This document shows positions 1 to 9,996 of a stretch of DNA of 35,895 nucleotides, piece after piece. The stretch comes from a virus (Duplodnaviria; Caudoviricetes). Where the stretch lies: the IMG/VR virus record IMGVR_UViG_3300034980_000082, positions 1 to 35,895 of that record; one strand, given 5' to 3'. The position numbers were made by a program, and so were the translations under genes. Numbering within the stretch: the stretch's first letter is position 1; every line of letters begins with the position of its first letter. Below the pieces are notes generated by a model. That model saw only the letters and a program-made list of their open reading frames with translations. It had not been told where the DNA came from and made no database searches.

Positions 1-127
1 TGTCGCTGGCGGTCAGGCTGGACTCCAAGCCTTTACGAATGAAGGCCAGAACTTGGCAAATCTAGCCCAAACTCTTGGCGGTCAACAGCTCCAAACCGGA
101 ACAAATCTAGGTGGAAATCTCGCAGAT
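1..127. repeat. 127-bp terminal direct repeat (copy 1), assembly overlap of a circular contig
   Basis: 1-127 is identical to 35769-35895; an ORF reads in frame through the join; 127 is a common assembler k-mer size. Confidence 0.95.
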
Positions 128-727
128 ATGAGAATGGCTCAGGGTCAGGCTCAACTAGGGGCTTACACGGGCCAAGGCTCTAACCTTGCAAATCTTGCTA
201 GTGGCTTAGGAGCGCAACAATTACAAACTCAATCAGCCCTCGGCTCTCGATTGTCAGATTACAATTTACGCACCGGACTTCCTGGCGTATCTACAATTAA
301 TAATTTAGGAACAAACCTTGCGGCGGGCAGAACCAGAGCAGGCGAACAGCTTGCTAGTCAATACGGTGCTGCGGCAAATGCTATGGGGAATATGTACTCC
401 AATCAAGGAAGAAATATTGGCAATACAATTGAGGCCCAGAGAATTGCTCTTATAAACCAAGTAAATTCTGGCGCGATGACTGAGGCCCAAGCACAACAAG
501 CCTACTCCACCGCAATGGCAAATATTCAGGGTGGCGTGGGTACGGCTCTAGCAGGAGTACAACAGGCTCCGCTAGTATCTCCAAACTACGCTCAGGGTAT
601 AGGCAACGCGCTACAGGCTGGGGGCACTGCTTATGATTTATTTAAGGGTAATCAGAATAATTTACAAAATACTAATTATCAGGGCTACGGTAACGCAGCA
701 GCCCAAATTGCCAATCAGGCTTACTGA
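1..727 (+). CDS. C-terminal part of the gp7-like ejection protein that starts at 33664 and wraps the origin
   Basis: Track ORF 53..727 is in frame with the open frame 33664..35895 across the overlap (codon GAT 125-127 = 35893-35895); Gly/Ala/Gln/Asn-rich NLANLA-type repeats continue. Confidence 0.85.
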   Translation, partial: VAGGQAGLQAFTNEGQNLANLAQTLGGQQLQTGTNLGGNLADMRMAQGQAQLGAYTGQGSNLANLASGLGAQQLQTQSALGSRLSDYNLRTGLPGVSTINNLGTNLAAGRTRAGEQLASQYGAAANAMGNMYSNQGRNIGNTIEAQRIALINQVNSGAMTEAQAQQAYSTAMANIQGGVGTALAGVQQAPLVSPNYAQGIGNALQAGGTAYDLFKGNQNNLQNTNYQGYGNAAAQIANQAY

Positions 728-757
728 TACAGCCAAATTGCCAAAAGGAACATAAAA

Positions 758-1816
758 ATGCCTGACATTAATATAGGACGCGCCCTCTCCGGCTTAGGCG
801 CAGCATTTAAGAACGAGGTTCCTGCTTTTCTTCAGCAAGTGCGTCAAGAAGACCTAGACGCTGAGAGAAGGGCGGAGCGGGAGATGTTCTTAGCTGATCG
901 CAGCTTTGACAGGGGCATAGCCGCAGAAGATAGGGCAATGCGTTTGTCAGATAGAGATAGGCGTATGGCGGCAGCGGAGACTAAAAGGCTTGCAGAGGTT
1001 GATGAAAAGAGGCAAAAAACTTTATTTATTGACTCCAAAATAGCTTTAGATGCTTTAGAGAGCGAAGAGGGTGGTCTGGGAGCGGTTTTGGAGAAATTTA
1101 CTGATAGGCGTAAACTTCTTCCAACTTGGGGCGTTACAAATTTTGACCTTACTGAAGATATTATAAGGCTTGCTAGAGGCGCTTATGAAAATCCAGATGA
1201 TTTATTAAATCTAAAAAATAGGCTGGAAAGATACGTTAACACTGGAATAGCATACGAAGTGCTAGATAAGCCAGAAGTTAATGCTTTTAACCTTGGTGAA
1301 GATGAAATTCGATTTGAAAATAACGTACCAGTTGCCTATGGGCCGAAAAGCCCTGTTGGAGACGAAAAATATACTTCATCTCAATATGCGGCGGCTCGTT
1401 ATGCAGACAGAATATATAATTCTAATTTAGTTATTAATGAGCTAGAAAGTGATTTTATTGATGCAATTTCTGGTATTGCTGGTTCGATTCCAAAACCAAA
1501 CCGAATGAAGAGTGAAGATAGACAATTACTAGACAATGCTCAATTAGATTTTGTTTTGGCTGTGCTTAGAGATGAATCAGGAGCAGTTATTGGTCAAGAG
1601 GAAGTTGCTGACGCAATTGAACTGTATATGCCTAAAACTGGAGATAGCGAAGCTGTTATAGATCAAAAAAGGAATAGAAGAAATGCTGTTTCGAGGAATA
1701 TGATTAGAGAAGCCAGTGGAGCGTATCAACCAAGAGAAAATGTTACAAGATTACCAACAGACACAGAGTCAGATGTCGTGGTGATTAATTATGATAGCGC
1801 GGGGAACAGAAGATGA
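758..1816 (+). CDS. Putative ejection/DNA-transfer (internal virion) protein
   Basis: 352 aa; follows the gp7-like gene; C-terminal AQLDFVLAVLRDESGAVIG...YMPKTGDS..VIDQK motif recalled from podovirus internal proteins. Confidence 0.6.
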   Translation: MPDINIGRALSGLGAAFKNEVPAFLQQVRQEDLDAERRAEREMFLADRSFDRGIAAEDRAMRLSDRDRRMAAAETKRLAEVDEKRQKTLFIDSKIALDALESEEGGLGAVLEKFTDRRKLLPTWGVTNFDLTEDIIRLARGAYENPDDLLNLKNRLERYVNTGIAYEVLDKPEVNAFNLGEDEIRFENNVPVAYGPKSPVGDEKYTSSQYAAARYADRIYNSNLVINELESDFIDAISGIAGSIPKPNRMKSEDRQLLDNAQLDFVLAVLRDESGAVIGQEEVADAIELYMPKTGDSEAVIDQKRNRRNAVSRNMIREASGAYQPRENVTRLPTDTESDVVVINYDSAGNRR

Positions 1817-3588
1817 GCACAGAAGCTAGGCTTGCGGACGGAACAGTTTTACGCTTTCCCGATGGGACTGATCCTGCTGTCATAGATAGGGCGGTAGCAG
1901 AGTATATTTCTGGGCAAAGTCCTCCCATTGATTCCTCGTCAGATAATCCCCCAAATTTTTTTGAAAGGATGGAGCAAAATTTTAACGACAGAATGATCTT
2001 GCGCGATGAAATACTTGCTTCAACACAAATGCCAGAAGGCGCACCTGTAAGGACTGAAGAAGAAGCTGCCGTAAATAAGGGTGGATTTATGGATGCTCTT
2101 AAAAATACCTTTAGCAGCCCTTCAGAAGAACAAATAGCTTATAGAGAAAGGGCTAATCGAAGTATAAATAGAGGGTTGAGCGGGGCTACTGATCCAGGTC
2201 TTCAAACTCCAGCGGAGGGTTCGTTACAACTAGCTGGCAAGGTTGGAGCGGGGTTAGTTTTAGATACAGTAGGGGAGGGGTTGGTCAGTACAGCGCGAGG
2301 ATTATCAAATATTACCCCTGATTTTATTGAAGAGCCTCTTACTGATTTTGCCAAAGAGCAATTTACTATATTTATGAATCAGCCTCTTATGCAAATGGGA
2401 CTTGAAGCATTAAAAACAGGTGGTGACAAATGGGGATCATGGTCTGATGATAACCCTAGAGCAGCTAGAAACATTGAAGCAGTTGTTGATATAGGTCTTA
2501 TTGCCGCCCCAATAAAAGGCAAGCCAAAGGTTGCAACCTCTCCAGGCGCGTTAGAAAGAGGAGCCGCAGCTTTAGAAACGCAAGCAGTAGAGCAAGTAGC
2601 TTCAACTAGGCAAAATTTTCTAACCGAATTGGTTAGGCCAAAACAAACCCCAAGCGTCAAATTAAGTCAAGCTGGAAGAACTACAGAAGAGGGCATTTTT
2701 AGAAACAAGGTAATTGCTCCTTCTGCCGAAGAAATTAAAATAGCTCAATCCATTGATGGCATTGAAGGCGTTAGCCCCAGAAATACATTAACGGGAAACA
2801 GAAATATAATTGAAACCGAATTAGGTGTAGAAGCAAATATTCTTAAAGAGTCTTTAAAAGATTCCCCTTATATATTTACCACTAAAGAAATTGATGATGC
2901 TTTTGCTAGTGCTACTAAAAATTTAGAATCAGCTCCTCTTATTGTTGGCGATGCGGCTAAAGTTGGCGAAAGGTTAATCACTAAAGCAAAAGAAATTGTA
3001 GCTAAAAACCCTAATACAAGCTTAGGATTATTACGATCTAGGCAAGAATTTGATAGGTATGTTAGAAGCCAAAAACCTAAAGCATTTGATGAGGCGTTAG
3101 ATAATGCCCTTACCACTTCGGTAAGAGAGGTTAGGTCTACACTAAACAATCTTTTAATTCAAAAAAACCCCAGTACAAAAATTAAAGAATCTTTGTCTAG
3201 GCAATCTAATTTGTATTCTGCAATAGATAATATTTCAACTAAAGCTGCCTCAGAGCTTAATAATGCCGTTACTAGGTCTTTAGACCAGGTAATGAAAATA
3301 ATACCGCTTAGAAACGTATTTTCATCAATAGGCGGTTTGGCTTTAGGTCTTGGCGGTCTTCAAGCGGCGCAAATGTTTGCTGGGCCTTTTTTGCTTTTAG
3401 CAAAAGTAGGTGCGGCCTCCTACGTTGGAGGAAAGATTTTATTAAGCCCTCAAACTAAAAAAGCTTTGTCGGGACTTTTGCGAACAACTGACAAGGCAAT
3501 AAAAATGGCCAAAGACAAGCAGGTAATTAAGCAATTAAGGGCTGACAGAGTGTTAATTGCTGAAGCCTTAAAAGAAGGAAGCAAATAA
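1813..3588 (+). CDS. Putative ejection/DNA-transfer protein (gp16/gp20-like position)
   Basis: 591 aa, helical; N-terminal ARLADGTVLRFPDGT; hydrophobic Gly/Leu stretch near the C-terminus; ATGA overlap with the upstream gene. Confidence 0.6.
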   Translation: MSTEARLADGTVLRFPDGTDPAVIDRAVAEYISGQSPPIDSSSDNPPNFFERMEQNFNDRMILRDEILASTQMPEGAPVRTEEEAAVNKGGFMDALKNTFSSPSEEQIAYRERANRSINRGLSGATDPGLQTPAEGSLQLAGKVGAGLVLDTVGEGLVSTARGLSNITPDFIEEPLTDFAKEQFTIFMNQPLMQMGLEALKTGGDKWGSWSDDNPRAARNIEAVVDIGLIAAPIKGKPKVATSPGALERGAAALETQAVEQVASTRQNFLTELVRPKQTPSVKLSQAGRTTEEGIFRNKVIAPSAEEIKIAQSIDGIEGVSPRNTLTGNRNIIETELGVEANILKESLKDSPYIFTTKEIDDAFASATKNLESAPLIVGDAAKVGERLITKAKEIVAKNPNTSLGLLRSRQEFDRYVRSQKPKAFDEALDNALTTSVREVRSTLNNLLIQKNPSTKIKESLSRQSNLYSAIDNISTKAASELNNAVTRSLDQVMKIIPLRNVFSSIGGLALGLGGLQAAQMFAGPFLLLAKVGAASYVGGKILLSPQTKKALSGLLRTTDKAIKMAKDKQVIKQLRADRVLIAEALKEGSK

Positions 3589-5228
3589 TGGCAAGATTCG
3601 GTGACTTCGATCAATACCTAGACAACGCTGGCGACCCGCTTGTCTCAGGCAAGATATACTTTTACGAGTCTGGAACCACGACTTTTAAAACTACCTACTC
3701 GGATATTAACAACTCTATCCCTAACGCGAATCCTGTCATTCTTACGGCGGCTGGCAGACAGCCCAACGTATTCTTTGACGGTGTTGCTAAGGCAATCCTT
3801 GCTACAAGTGCAGATGTTCAGATAGCGGTCCGTGACCCCGTTGGTCAGACAGATACCGACTTTGGCGACCAATGGGTAGCCACTAAAATATATAGCGCCA
3901 CGGACGTTGTGCTTGGCTCTAATGGCGTATTCTATCGATCTCTAGTTAACGGCAACCAGAACAATAATCCAGTGTCTACAACCGGCTTCTGGACATTGCT
4001 CTATTCGGTCGAGTGGAACGCTGGAATTACTTATAGCATTGGTGATGTGGTCCTGTATGGAACGACTCAGTATCAATCACTACAGAACTCAAATCTTAAT
4101 CAAAACCCATCGACTATGACAGCGTACTGGGCATCATTAGCCTTTGCTTGGTTAGCTACCAGAACCTATGCCATTAATGAGAACGTGGTCGGTACAGACG
4201 GCATACTCTACACCTCGTTGCAAAATTCAAACTTAAATAAAGAACCGTCTGCCAATCCCTTATGGTGGGTTGGTACTTCAGCGGCTGCCGCTGCCAGTGC
4301 TACTGCTGCTGCGGGTTCGGCTACTGCTGCTGCAACCAGCGCAACAGCATCGGCAACCTCGGCTACGGCGGCGGCAACCTCGGCGACTAGCGCGGGAACG
4401 AGTGCAACGGCAGCAGCAACCTCTGCGACAGCTTCGGCAACCTCGGCGACTGCTGCTGCTAGTAGTGAAACCGCTGCCGCTGGGTCTGCCACTGCTGCGG
4501 CTGGCTCTGCTACTTCCGCTGCTGCTAGTTATGCCAGTTTTATTGAAAGATACATGGGCGCCTATGCAGCCGCCCCAACAACGACTTTTGAGGGTGCGCT
4601 GTATTGGAATTCTGTCTCAGATGAGATGTTTGTCTGGAATGCAACGTCCTGGGAAGTTATCTCTGGAACCGGAACTGTTACTTCAGTTCAAATGGCCGGA
4701 GGCACAACAGGGCTGACTTATTCGGGTGGCCCGATTACAGGCGCGGGAACTATTACAACGGCTGGAACATTAGCCGCTGCCAATGGGGGAACCGGACTAA
4801 CTTCTCCTGGCGCTTCTGGAAACGTATTAAAAAGTGATGGAGCGGGTGCTTGGACTTCAGCGGCAGACTCAGACAGCGGTACAGTAACTTCTATAGCTAC
4901 CACTGGAACTGTCAACGGTATTACCCTAACGGGAGGTACTATTACCACTACGGGTACTCTGACTTTAGGGGGAGCCTTATCTGGGGTTGACCTTACTTCA
5001 CAGATTACAGGAACTCTTCCGGTAGCCAATGGTGGTACAGGTGCTACTGCATTAACACTAAATAACGTAATTCTGGGTAATGGCACATCCGCTGTTCAAG
5101 TGGTTGCTCCTGGTACTTCAGGTAATTTACTAACGTCAAATGGTTCCACTTGGACATCAGCCGCAGCTCCCGCAAGCGGTATATCGGCAGGACTTTCTAT
5201 CGCACTTGCGATGGTAATGGGTTTCTAG
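3588..5228 (+). CDS. Tail fibre: P22 head-binding-like N-terminus, three CBM5/12-like repeats, Ala/Ser/Thr stalk, GTVTS/ANGGTG repeats
   Basis: YLDNAGDPLVSGKIYFYESGTTT...NPVILTAAGR N-terminus; three W...Y...V...Y.SL..N.N..P....W repeats (3873-4268); ends in hydrophobic SAGLSIALAMVMGF. Confidence 0.75.
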   Translation: MARFGDFDQYLDNAGDPLVSGKIYFYESGTTTFKTTYSDINNSIPNANPVILTAAGRQPNVFFDGVAKAILATSADVQIAVRDPVGQTDTDFGDQWVATKIYSATDVVLGSNGVFYRSLVNGNQNNNPVSTTGFWTLLYSVEWNAGITYSIGDVVLYGTTQYQSLQNSNLNQNPSTMTAYWASLAFAWLATRTYAINENVVGTDGILYTSLQNSNLNKEPSANPLWWVGTSAAAAASATAAAGSATAAATSATASATSATAAATSATSAGTSATAAATSATASATSATAAASSETAAAGSATAAAGSATSAAASYASFIERYMGAYAAAPTTTFEGALYWNSVSDEMFVWNATSWEVISGTGTVTSVQMAGGTTGLTYSGGPITGAGTITTAGTLAAANGGTGLTSPGASGNVLKSDGAGAWTSAADSDSGTVTSIATTGTVNGITLTGGTITTTGTLTLGGALSGVDLTSQITGTLPVANGGTGATALTLNNVILGNGTSAVQVVAPGTSGNLLTSNGSTWTSAAAPASGISAGLSIALAMVMGF

Positions 5229-5239
5229 GAGAAATATAA

Positions 5240-5635
5240 ATGGCAAACCCCAATATAGTAAATGTAACAAGTATTTTAGGTGAGACTACGTTCCTCACCC
5301 CCTCGGCAACCACTTCGGTTGTTTTGCTACCTAATGCTGCAAGTAGTGGCAAGGTTTACAAAATTAACCAGATTGTGGCTGCAAACGTAGACGGAGCTAG
5401 TGCAGTTAATACTAGCGTTGACATCTACACTAACGGCGCGGTGGCTCAAGGTTCTGCCCCTTCAGGTGGCACAGCGTATCCAATCGTTTCCACGGTTTCA
5501 GTTCCAGCAGATGCTTCCTTGATTGTTACAGACAAGACTACTGCGATCTATTTGATGGAAGCTCAGTCGATTGCTGTAACAAGTGGAACGGCCAGTAAGA
5601 TTACCTACACCATAAGCTATGAAATAATCAGTTAA
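5240..5635 (+). CDS. Small beta-rich virion protein, likely fibre-tip adaptor
   Basis: 131 aa, MANPNIVNVTSILG...YTISYEIIS; AGGAG SD; directly follows the fibre's hydrophobic C-terminal motif. Confidence 0.55.
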   Translation: MANPNIVNVTSILGETTFLTPSATTSVVLLPNAASSGKVYKINQIVAANVDGASAVNTSVDIYTNGAVAQGSAPSGGTAYPIVSTVSVPADASLIVTDKTTAIYLMEAQSIAVTSGTASKITYTISYEIIS

Positions 5636-5645
5636 GGAGTAGGCG

Positions 5646-7052
5646 ATGCCTATAGGTGATCGTATTGGTGGGTTTATACGTCCGGGTTTTAATCCGTTAT
5701 TAGCCCCGGATGCACCCACTATTGGGACAGCATCGGAATCAGGGGCTGACGGAATCTCTATAGCTTTTACTGCGCCTTCGGATGTGGGCGGTGGTGCAAT
5801 AACGGGTTATACCGTTACCGCTAGGGACACTGTTAGTGGCTTGACTTTTGCGGCAACTGGCACATCTTCTCCTATTACTGTTTCGGGTCTAACCCCGGGT
5901 CAATCCTATACTGTAACAGTGGTTGCGGAGAACGCTTACGGGCCTAGCGGGGCAAGTGCCGCAAGCAATAGCATTACAATATTTAATGGCGCTCAATTGT
6001 GGCTGTGGGGTAGAAACATCAGTGGGCAATTAGGCCAAGGCAATACCACTGATTATTCTTCACCCGTACAGGTAGGAGCATTAACTACTTGGAAGACAGT
6101 AGGGGGAACGGGTGCTGACGCTACTTTCGCTGTTAAGGCAGACGGTACGGCATGGTCTTGGGGGAAGGCAAATTTGGGGCAAACAGGCCAAGGCAATACC
6201 ACTGATTTATCTTCTCCCGTTCAAATAGGTGCGCTTACTACTTGGATTAGACTAGCTGGTGGTTATGGTGGGCCAAATGGCGGGATTAAAACTGATGGAA
6301 CTCTTTGGCTTTGGGGAAAGAACACTTATGGGCAACTGGGGCAAGGCAACACAACTGCTACTTCTTCTCCAGTTCAGGTAGGTGCGCTTACTACTTGGTT
6401 AAAATTTGCTGCGGGTTATTACATGGGTCACGCCATTAAAACTGATGGCACTCTCTGGACTACGGGGGGCAGAAATGACAACTATGGGCAACTTGGTACA
6501 AATAATCTTACTAACTATTCTTCCCCTGTTCAAATAGGGGCGCTTACTGATTGGTCGGAAGTATCAAGCTATAATTGGAACGCGGGCGCAATTAAAACAG
6601 ATGGTACTATCTGGATGTGGGGAAGAAATACTTGGGGTCAAATAGGTGACGGCAGCGTTACTACTCGTTCTTCCCCTGTTCAAATAGGCGCTCTCACTGA
6701 TTGGAGTAAGGTAGCTGTTGGGAGGGATCACACACTTGCACTCAAAACAGATGGAACCTTGTGGGCTTGGGGTAGAAATAACTATGGTCAGTTAGGTGAT
6801 GGCTCTATTACTGATCGTAGTTCGCCAGTTCAAATAGGCTCACTTACTACATGGTTAGAACTTGGTGCTGGCTATCAAAACAGTGGTGCGCGTACAACGG
6901 CTAATACGCTATTCAGTTGGGGTGTCAATGCCAATGGAGAGCTAGGTGATGGCTCTACTACTAATCGCTCTTCTCCCGTTCAAGTAGGAGCTTTAACCAC
7001 TTGGAAAGCTATGATGGTCACTACAGAGTATATGGGTGGCATTAAGTCCTAA
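5646..7052 (+). CDS. FN3 domain + 7-bladed RCC1/BLIP-II beta-propeller protein (putative receptor-binding)
   Basis: FN3 signature (APDAPTIGTA...GGGAITGYTVT...VSGLTPGQSYTVTVVAENAYG) then seven ~50-aa repeats WG.N..GQLG.G....SSPVQ[VI]G[AS]LT.W. Confidence 0.85.
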   Translation: MPIGDRIGGFIRPGFNPLLAPDAPTIGTASESGADGISIAFTAPSDVGGGAITGYTVTARDTVSGLTFAATGTSSPITVSGLTPGQSYTVTVVAENAYGPSGASAASNSITIFNGAQLWLWGRNISGQLGQGNTTDYSSPVQVGALTTWKTVGGTGADATFAVKADGTAWSWGKANLGQTGQGNTTDLSSPVQIGALTTWIRLAGGYGGPNGGIKTDGTLWLWGKNTYGQLGQGNTTATSSPVQVGALTTWLKFAAGYYMGHAIKTDGTLWTTGGRNDNYGQLGTNNLTNYSSPVQIGALTDWSEVSSYNWNAGAIKTDGTIWMWGRNTWGQIGDGSVTTRSSPVQIGALTDWSKVAVGRDHTLALKTDGTLWAWGRNNYGQLGDGSITDRSSPVQIGSLTTWLELGAGYQNSGARTTANTLFSWGVNANGELGDGSTTNRSSPVQVGALTTWKAMMVTTEYMGGIKS

Positions 7053-7084
7053 TATGAAAACGAAATTCTACACAGAGGTAAGCA

Positions 7085-8227
7085 ATGCCTAATTATTCTG
7101 GTAAGTGGAGATTACCCACTGTTATGCAAGCCGAGGGTGCTGGTACGTGGCCTGCGCCTCCGTTTGTGAGTGGAACTCTTTGGACTTGGGGGCTTAATAC
7201 TTCGGGGGAGTTAGGTGATGGAACTGTTACTAGCATAAGCTCTCCAGCGCAAATCGGATCACTTACTGATTGGTCAACAATGGTTGGCGGAGCCGCAATG
7301 GCATTAGCGGTTAAAAGCGATGGCACACTCTGGTCTTGGGGTAAAAATACTAACGGTCAATTAGGTGACGGAACTGTCACTTTTCGTAGTTCCCCTGCAC
7401 AAGTTGGGGCGCTTACTGACTGGTCCGTACTTTCTCCGGGTGGAGAATGGGTATCAGCCATTAAAACAGACGGCACACTTTGGGCATGGGGATATAATAA
7501 CAGGGGGCAGATAGGCGATGGCACTACTGTTGCTAAAAGCTCTCCAGTACAGGTCGGCGCACTAACTACTTGGTCAGTAATTGGCAATGGTACTGATCAT
7601 GTAATGGCTATTAAAACTGACGGAACCCTTTGGACTTGGGGTAGATTTAATAATGGACGATTAGGTCACAATAATGCTGTTAACTATTCCTCTCCAAAAC
7701 AAGTAGGGGCGCTCACGGACTGGGCCTTCGCTCAGGGGGGAAACGAGCATTCTCTAGCCGTTAAAACTGATGGCACTCTCTGGACATGGGGGTATAACTC
7801 TTTCGGTCAATTGGGTGACGGCACTACTGTTTCTAAAAGCTCCCCAATTCAAATTGGCGCTCTCACTGATTGGTCAACAGTGGCTGCTGGAAGTAATGGC
7901 TCTGTTGCTATAAAAACCGATGGCACAATCTGGTGTTGGGGCAGAGGCACTGGCGGGCAACTGGGCGATGGAACTACTGTTTCTAAAAGCTCTCCAGTTC
8001 AAGTAGGGGCGTTGACTACATGGAGCAACATGATGAGACTTCAGAACGATGTTATTGCTCTTACAACTGGAAATGCTTTGTTTGGTTGGGGGACTAACGG
8101 CAATGGTGAGTTAGGACTAGGGGATGTAGTTGCCCGTAGTTCGCCAGTTCAAATCGGTGCGCTCACTACATGGGCAGCTCTAAGCTCATCCGGGCCAGCG
8201 AGTTTTTCTGGGGTCTTACAGGGATGA
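7085..8227 (+). CDS. 7-bladed RCC1/BLIP-II beta-propeller protein
   Basis: Seven KTDGTLW.WG.N..GQLGDG...SSP.Q.GALT.W repeats after a short SGKWRL...GTWP leader. Confidence 0.85.
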   Translation: MPNYSGKWRLPTVMQAEGAGTWPAPPFVSGTLWTWGLNTSGELGDGTVTSISSPAQIGSLTDWSTMVGGAAMALAVKSDGTLWSWGKNTNGQLGDGTVTFRSSPAQVGALTDWSVLSPGGEWVSAIKTDGTLWAWGYNNRGQIGDGTTVAKSSPVQVGALTTWSVIGNGTDHVMAIKTDGTLWTWGRFNNGRLGHNNAVNYSSPKQVGALTDWAFAQGGNEHSLAVKTDGTLWTWGYNSFGQLGDGTTVSKSSPIQIGALTDWSTVAAGSNGSVAIKTDGTIWCWGRGTGGQLGDGTTVSKSSPVQVGALTTWSNMMRLQNDVIALTTGNALFGWGTNGNGELGLGDVVARSSPVQIGALTTWAALSSSGPASFSGVLQG

Positions 8228-9996
8228 AAAAACAAATACATTTTATGTCAGGTGTACCTCGCTCCGGTTCTACGGTACTGGCGGCTATACTCAACCAAAA
8301 CAAACAGACCCATGTTTCTACAACGTCAGGTGTGGTATTTGCTTTGGATGCGCTTGCTAACGTATGGCATTCGCAGGGACTTCTTGGCGAGAACGACAAG
8401 GAGCGAACCAAACTGTCTCAGACTATGGGTGCAGTGCTTGACACGTTTTACGAAGATTGTGATGAGCCTGTCATTATAGATAAGGGCCGAGGCTGGCCTA
8501 TTCCGACAATCCTCAGTGCAATGACACAAGTACTTGGGGAAAAACCCAAGATCATTGCTACAGTGCGTTCCATACCGGACTGCATGGCCTCACTTGTGCG
8601 CGTAGCCAACCCTGATGACCTTGATGAATTTATCTATTCTGGAATACTTAGTACCCATCTCAAGGCTTCATACATGGCTATACAAAGTGGTTATGAGGTT
8701 GCGCCGGAGTGTTTTTGCATAGTTGAATACGAAGACCTAGTGGCTGATCCAAAAGCACAACTTGATCGTATACACGAATTTTTAGACCTGCCTGATTTTG
8801 AGTATGATTTTACAGCTATTGATGGCACTAGCGTCCAAGAAGATGATGAGCAGATACACGGCTACGAAGGGATGCACGATATTCAACCTGTGCTTGCCAA
8901 GCAGCACAATGAAAACCCCAAAGACGTACTAAAACATCATTACGCTACCTTTTGTCAGCCTGAGTTCTGGTTAGATAAACCTCGCACAACTCCTGAATTG
9001 CATGACCTAGACCTTCAATTAACTGCGTCCAAGATGGGTAACTTTACTGAAGGCTGGCGTTTAAGCCAAAAGCTGGAGCAGGAGGAGCCTAATAACCATA
9101 GAGCGGCTTATAACCGTGGGTGGTATTTACTGCGTCAGGGAGAGATACAGAAAGGTTATCAGTTAATGGATCGTGGTCGAATAGAAGGAGTATTTGGAAA
9201 TACTATTCCCGATGCACCTACTGGCCCGTGGGATGGCAAGACTAAAGGCACAGTGCTGCTGTATTTAGAAGGTGGCCTGGGCGATCAAATTCATCAGGTG
9301 CGTTATGCCAAAGCTATTGCCGCAAAGGGCTGCAAAGTAGTTGTGGGCTGTTCTGGCTCACTTGCCTCACTGTTTGTAGATGTTGAAGGGGTAAGTTCTG
9401 TTGCTCAACATGAAGCGTGTTTTGGAACTTACCATGACTTCTATGTACAAGGTATGTCAGCGGTTGTACCTCTTGGGTTTGAATTAACAGACCTAACAGG
9501 TGAAGCCTACATTACCAAACCAAAAACTATTAAAGGCTACCGTAAGCGGATTGGCCTGCGTTGGCAGGGGCAAAGTGCCTTTGAGCATGAACACCACAAG
9601 AAGTTTCCTTATGAATTGATGTTCGAGGCTTTAAAAGATGTCGATGCGGAGTTTATCTCTTTGCAGCGCGACGAAGGGGCAGAGGCTTGCCCAGAGTGGG
9701 TAGAACAAGTCCCGTTAAATACTTGGGAAGATACCCGACAGGCTGCGGCTTCCTGCGATCTGGTTATTTCTTCCTGCACTTCAGTTAGCCATTTATCGGC
9801 TGCGATGGGTGTAGAGACTTGGGTTGTTACCCCTGTCATGCCTTACTTTTTATATGCACAGGAGGGTGATACCTGCCCTTACTACGACACCATGAAATTA
9901 ATGCGGCAAGAATCGTTTGGTGATTGGAAAGCTCCTTTTGCCAGAATCAAGAAATCCCTAAACGAAAAGAAGCAAGCGTTACGGAGAGTTAAATGA
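8224..9996 (+). CDS. Sulfotransferase - TPR - GT-B (GT9-like) glycosyltransferase fusion
   Basis: Likely start ATG 8224 (ATGA overlap); 5'-PSB loop GVPRSGST, 3'-PB-like RSIPDCMAS, YEDLVADP; TPR-like AAYNRGWYLLRQG; EGGLGDQI and CDLVISSCTSVSHLSAAMG as in TPR-GT9 proteins. Confidence 0.8.
   Translation: MKKQIHFMSGVPRSGSTVLAAILNQNKQTHVSTTSGVVFALDALANVWHSQGLLGENDKERTKLSQTMGAVLDTFYEDCDEPVIIDKGRGWPIPTILSAMTQVLGEKPKIIATVRSIPDCMASLVRVANPDDLDEFIYSGILSTHLKASYMAIQSGYEVAPECFCIVEYEDLVADPKAQLDRIHEFLDLPDFEYDFTAIDGTSVQEDDEQIHGYEGMHDIQPVLAKQHNENPKDVLKHHYATFCQPEFWLDKPRTTPELHDLDLQLTASKMGNFTEGWRLSQKLEQEEPNNHRAAYNRGWYLLRQGEIQKGYQLMDRGRIEGVFGNTIPDAPTGPWDGKTKGTVLLYLEGGLGDQIHQVRYAKAIAAKGCKVVVGCSGSLASLFVDVEGVSSVAQHEACFGTYHDFYVQGMSAVVPLGFELTDLTGEAYITKPKTIKGYRKRIGLRWQGQSAFEHEHHKKFPYELMFEALKDVDAEFISLQRDEGAEACPEWVEQVPLNTWEDTRQAAASCDLVISSCTSVSHLSAAMGVETWVVTPVMPYFLYAQEGDTCPYYDTMKLMRQESFGDWKAPFARIKKSLNEKKQALRRVK

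Noticed and set aside
8170-8223. Longer start for the sulfotransferase fusion
   Set aside because: ATG 8224 gives an ATGA overlap and puts the PSB loop at the usual distance from the N-terminus
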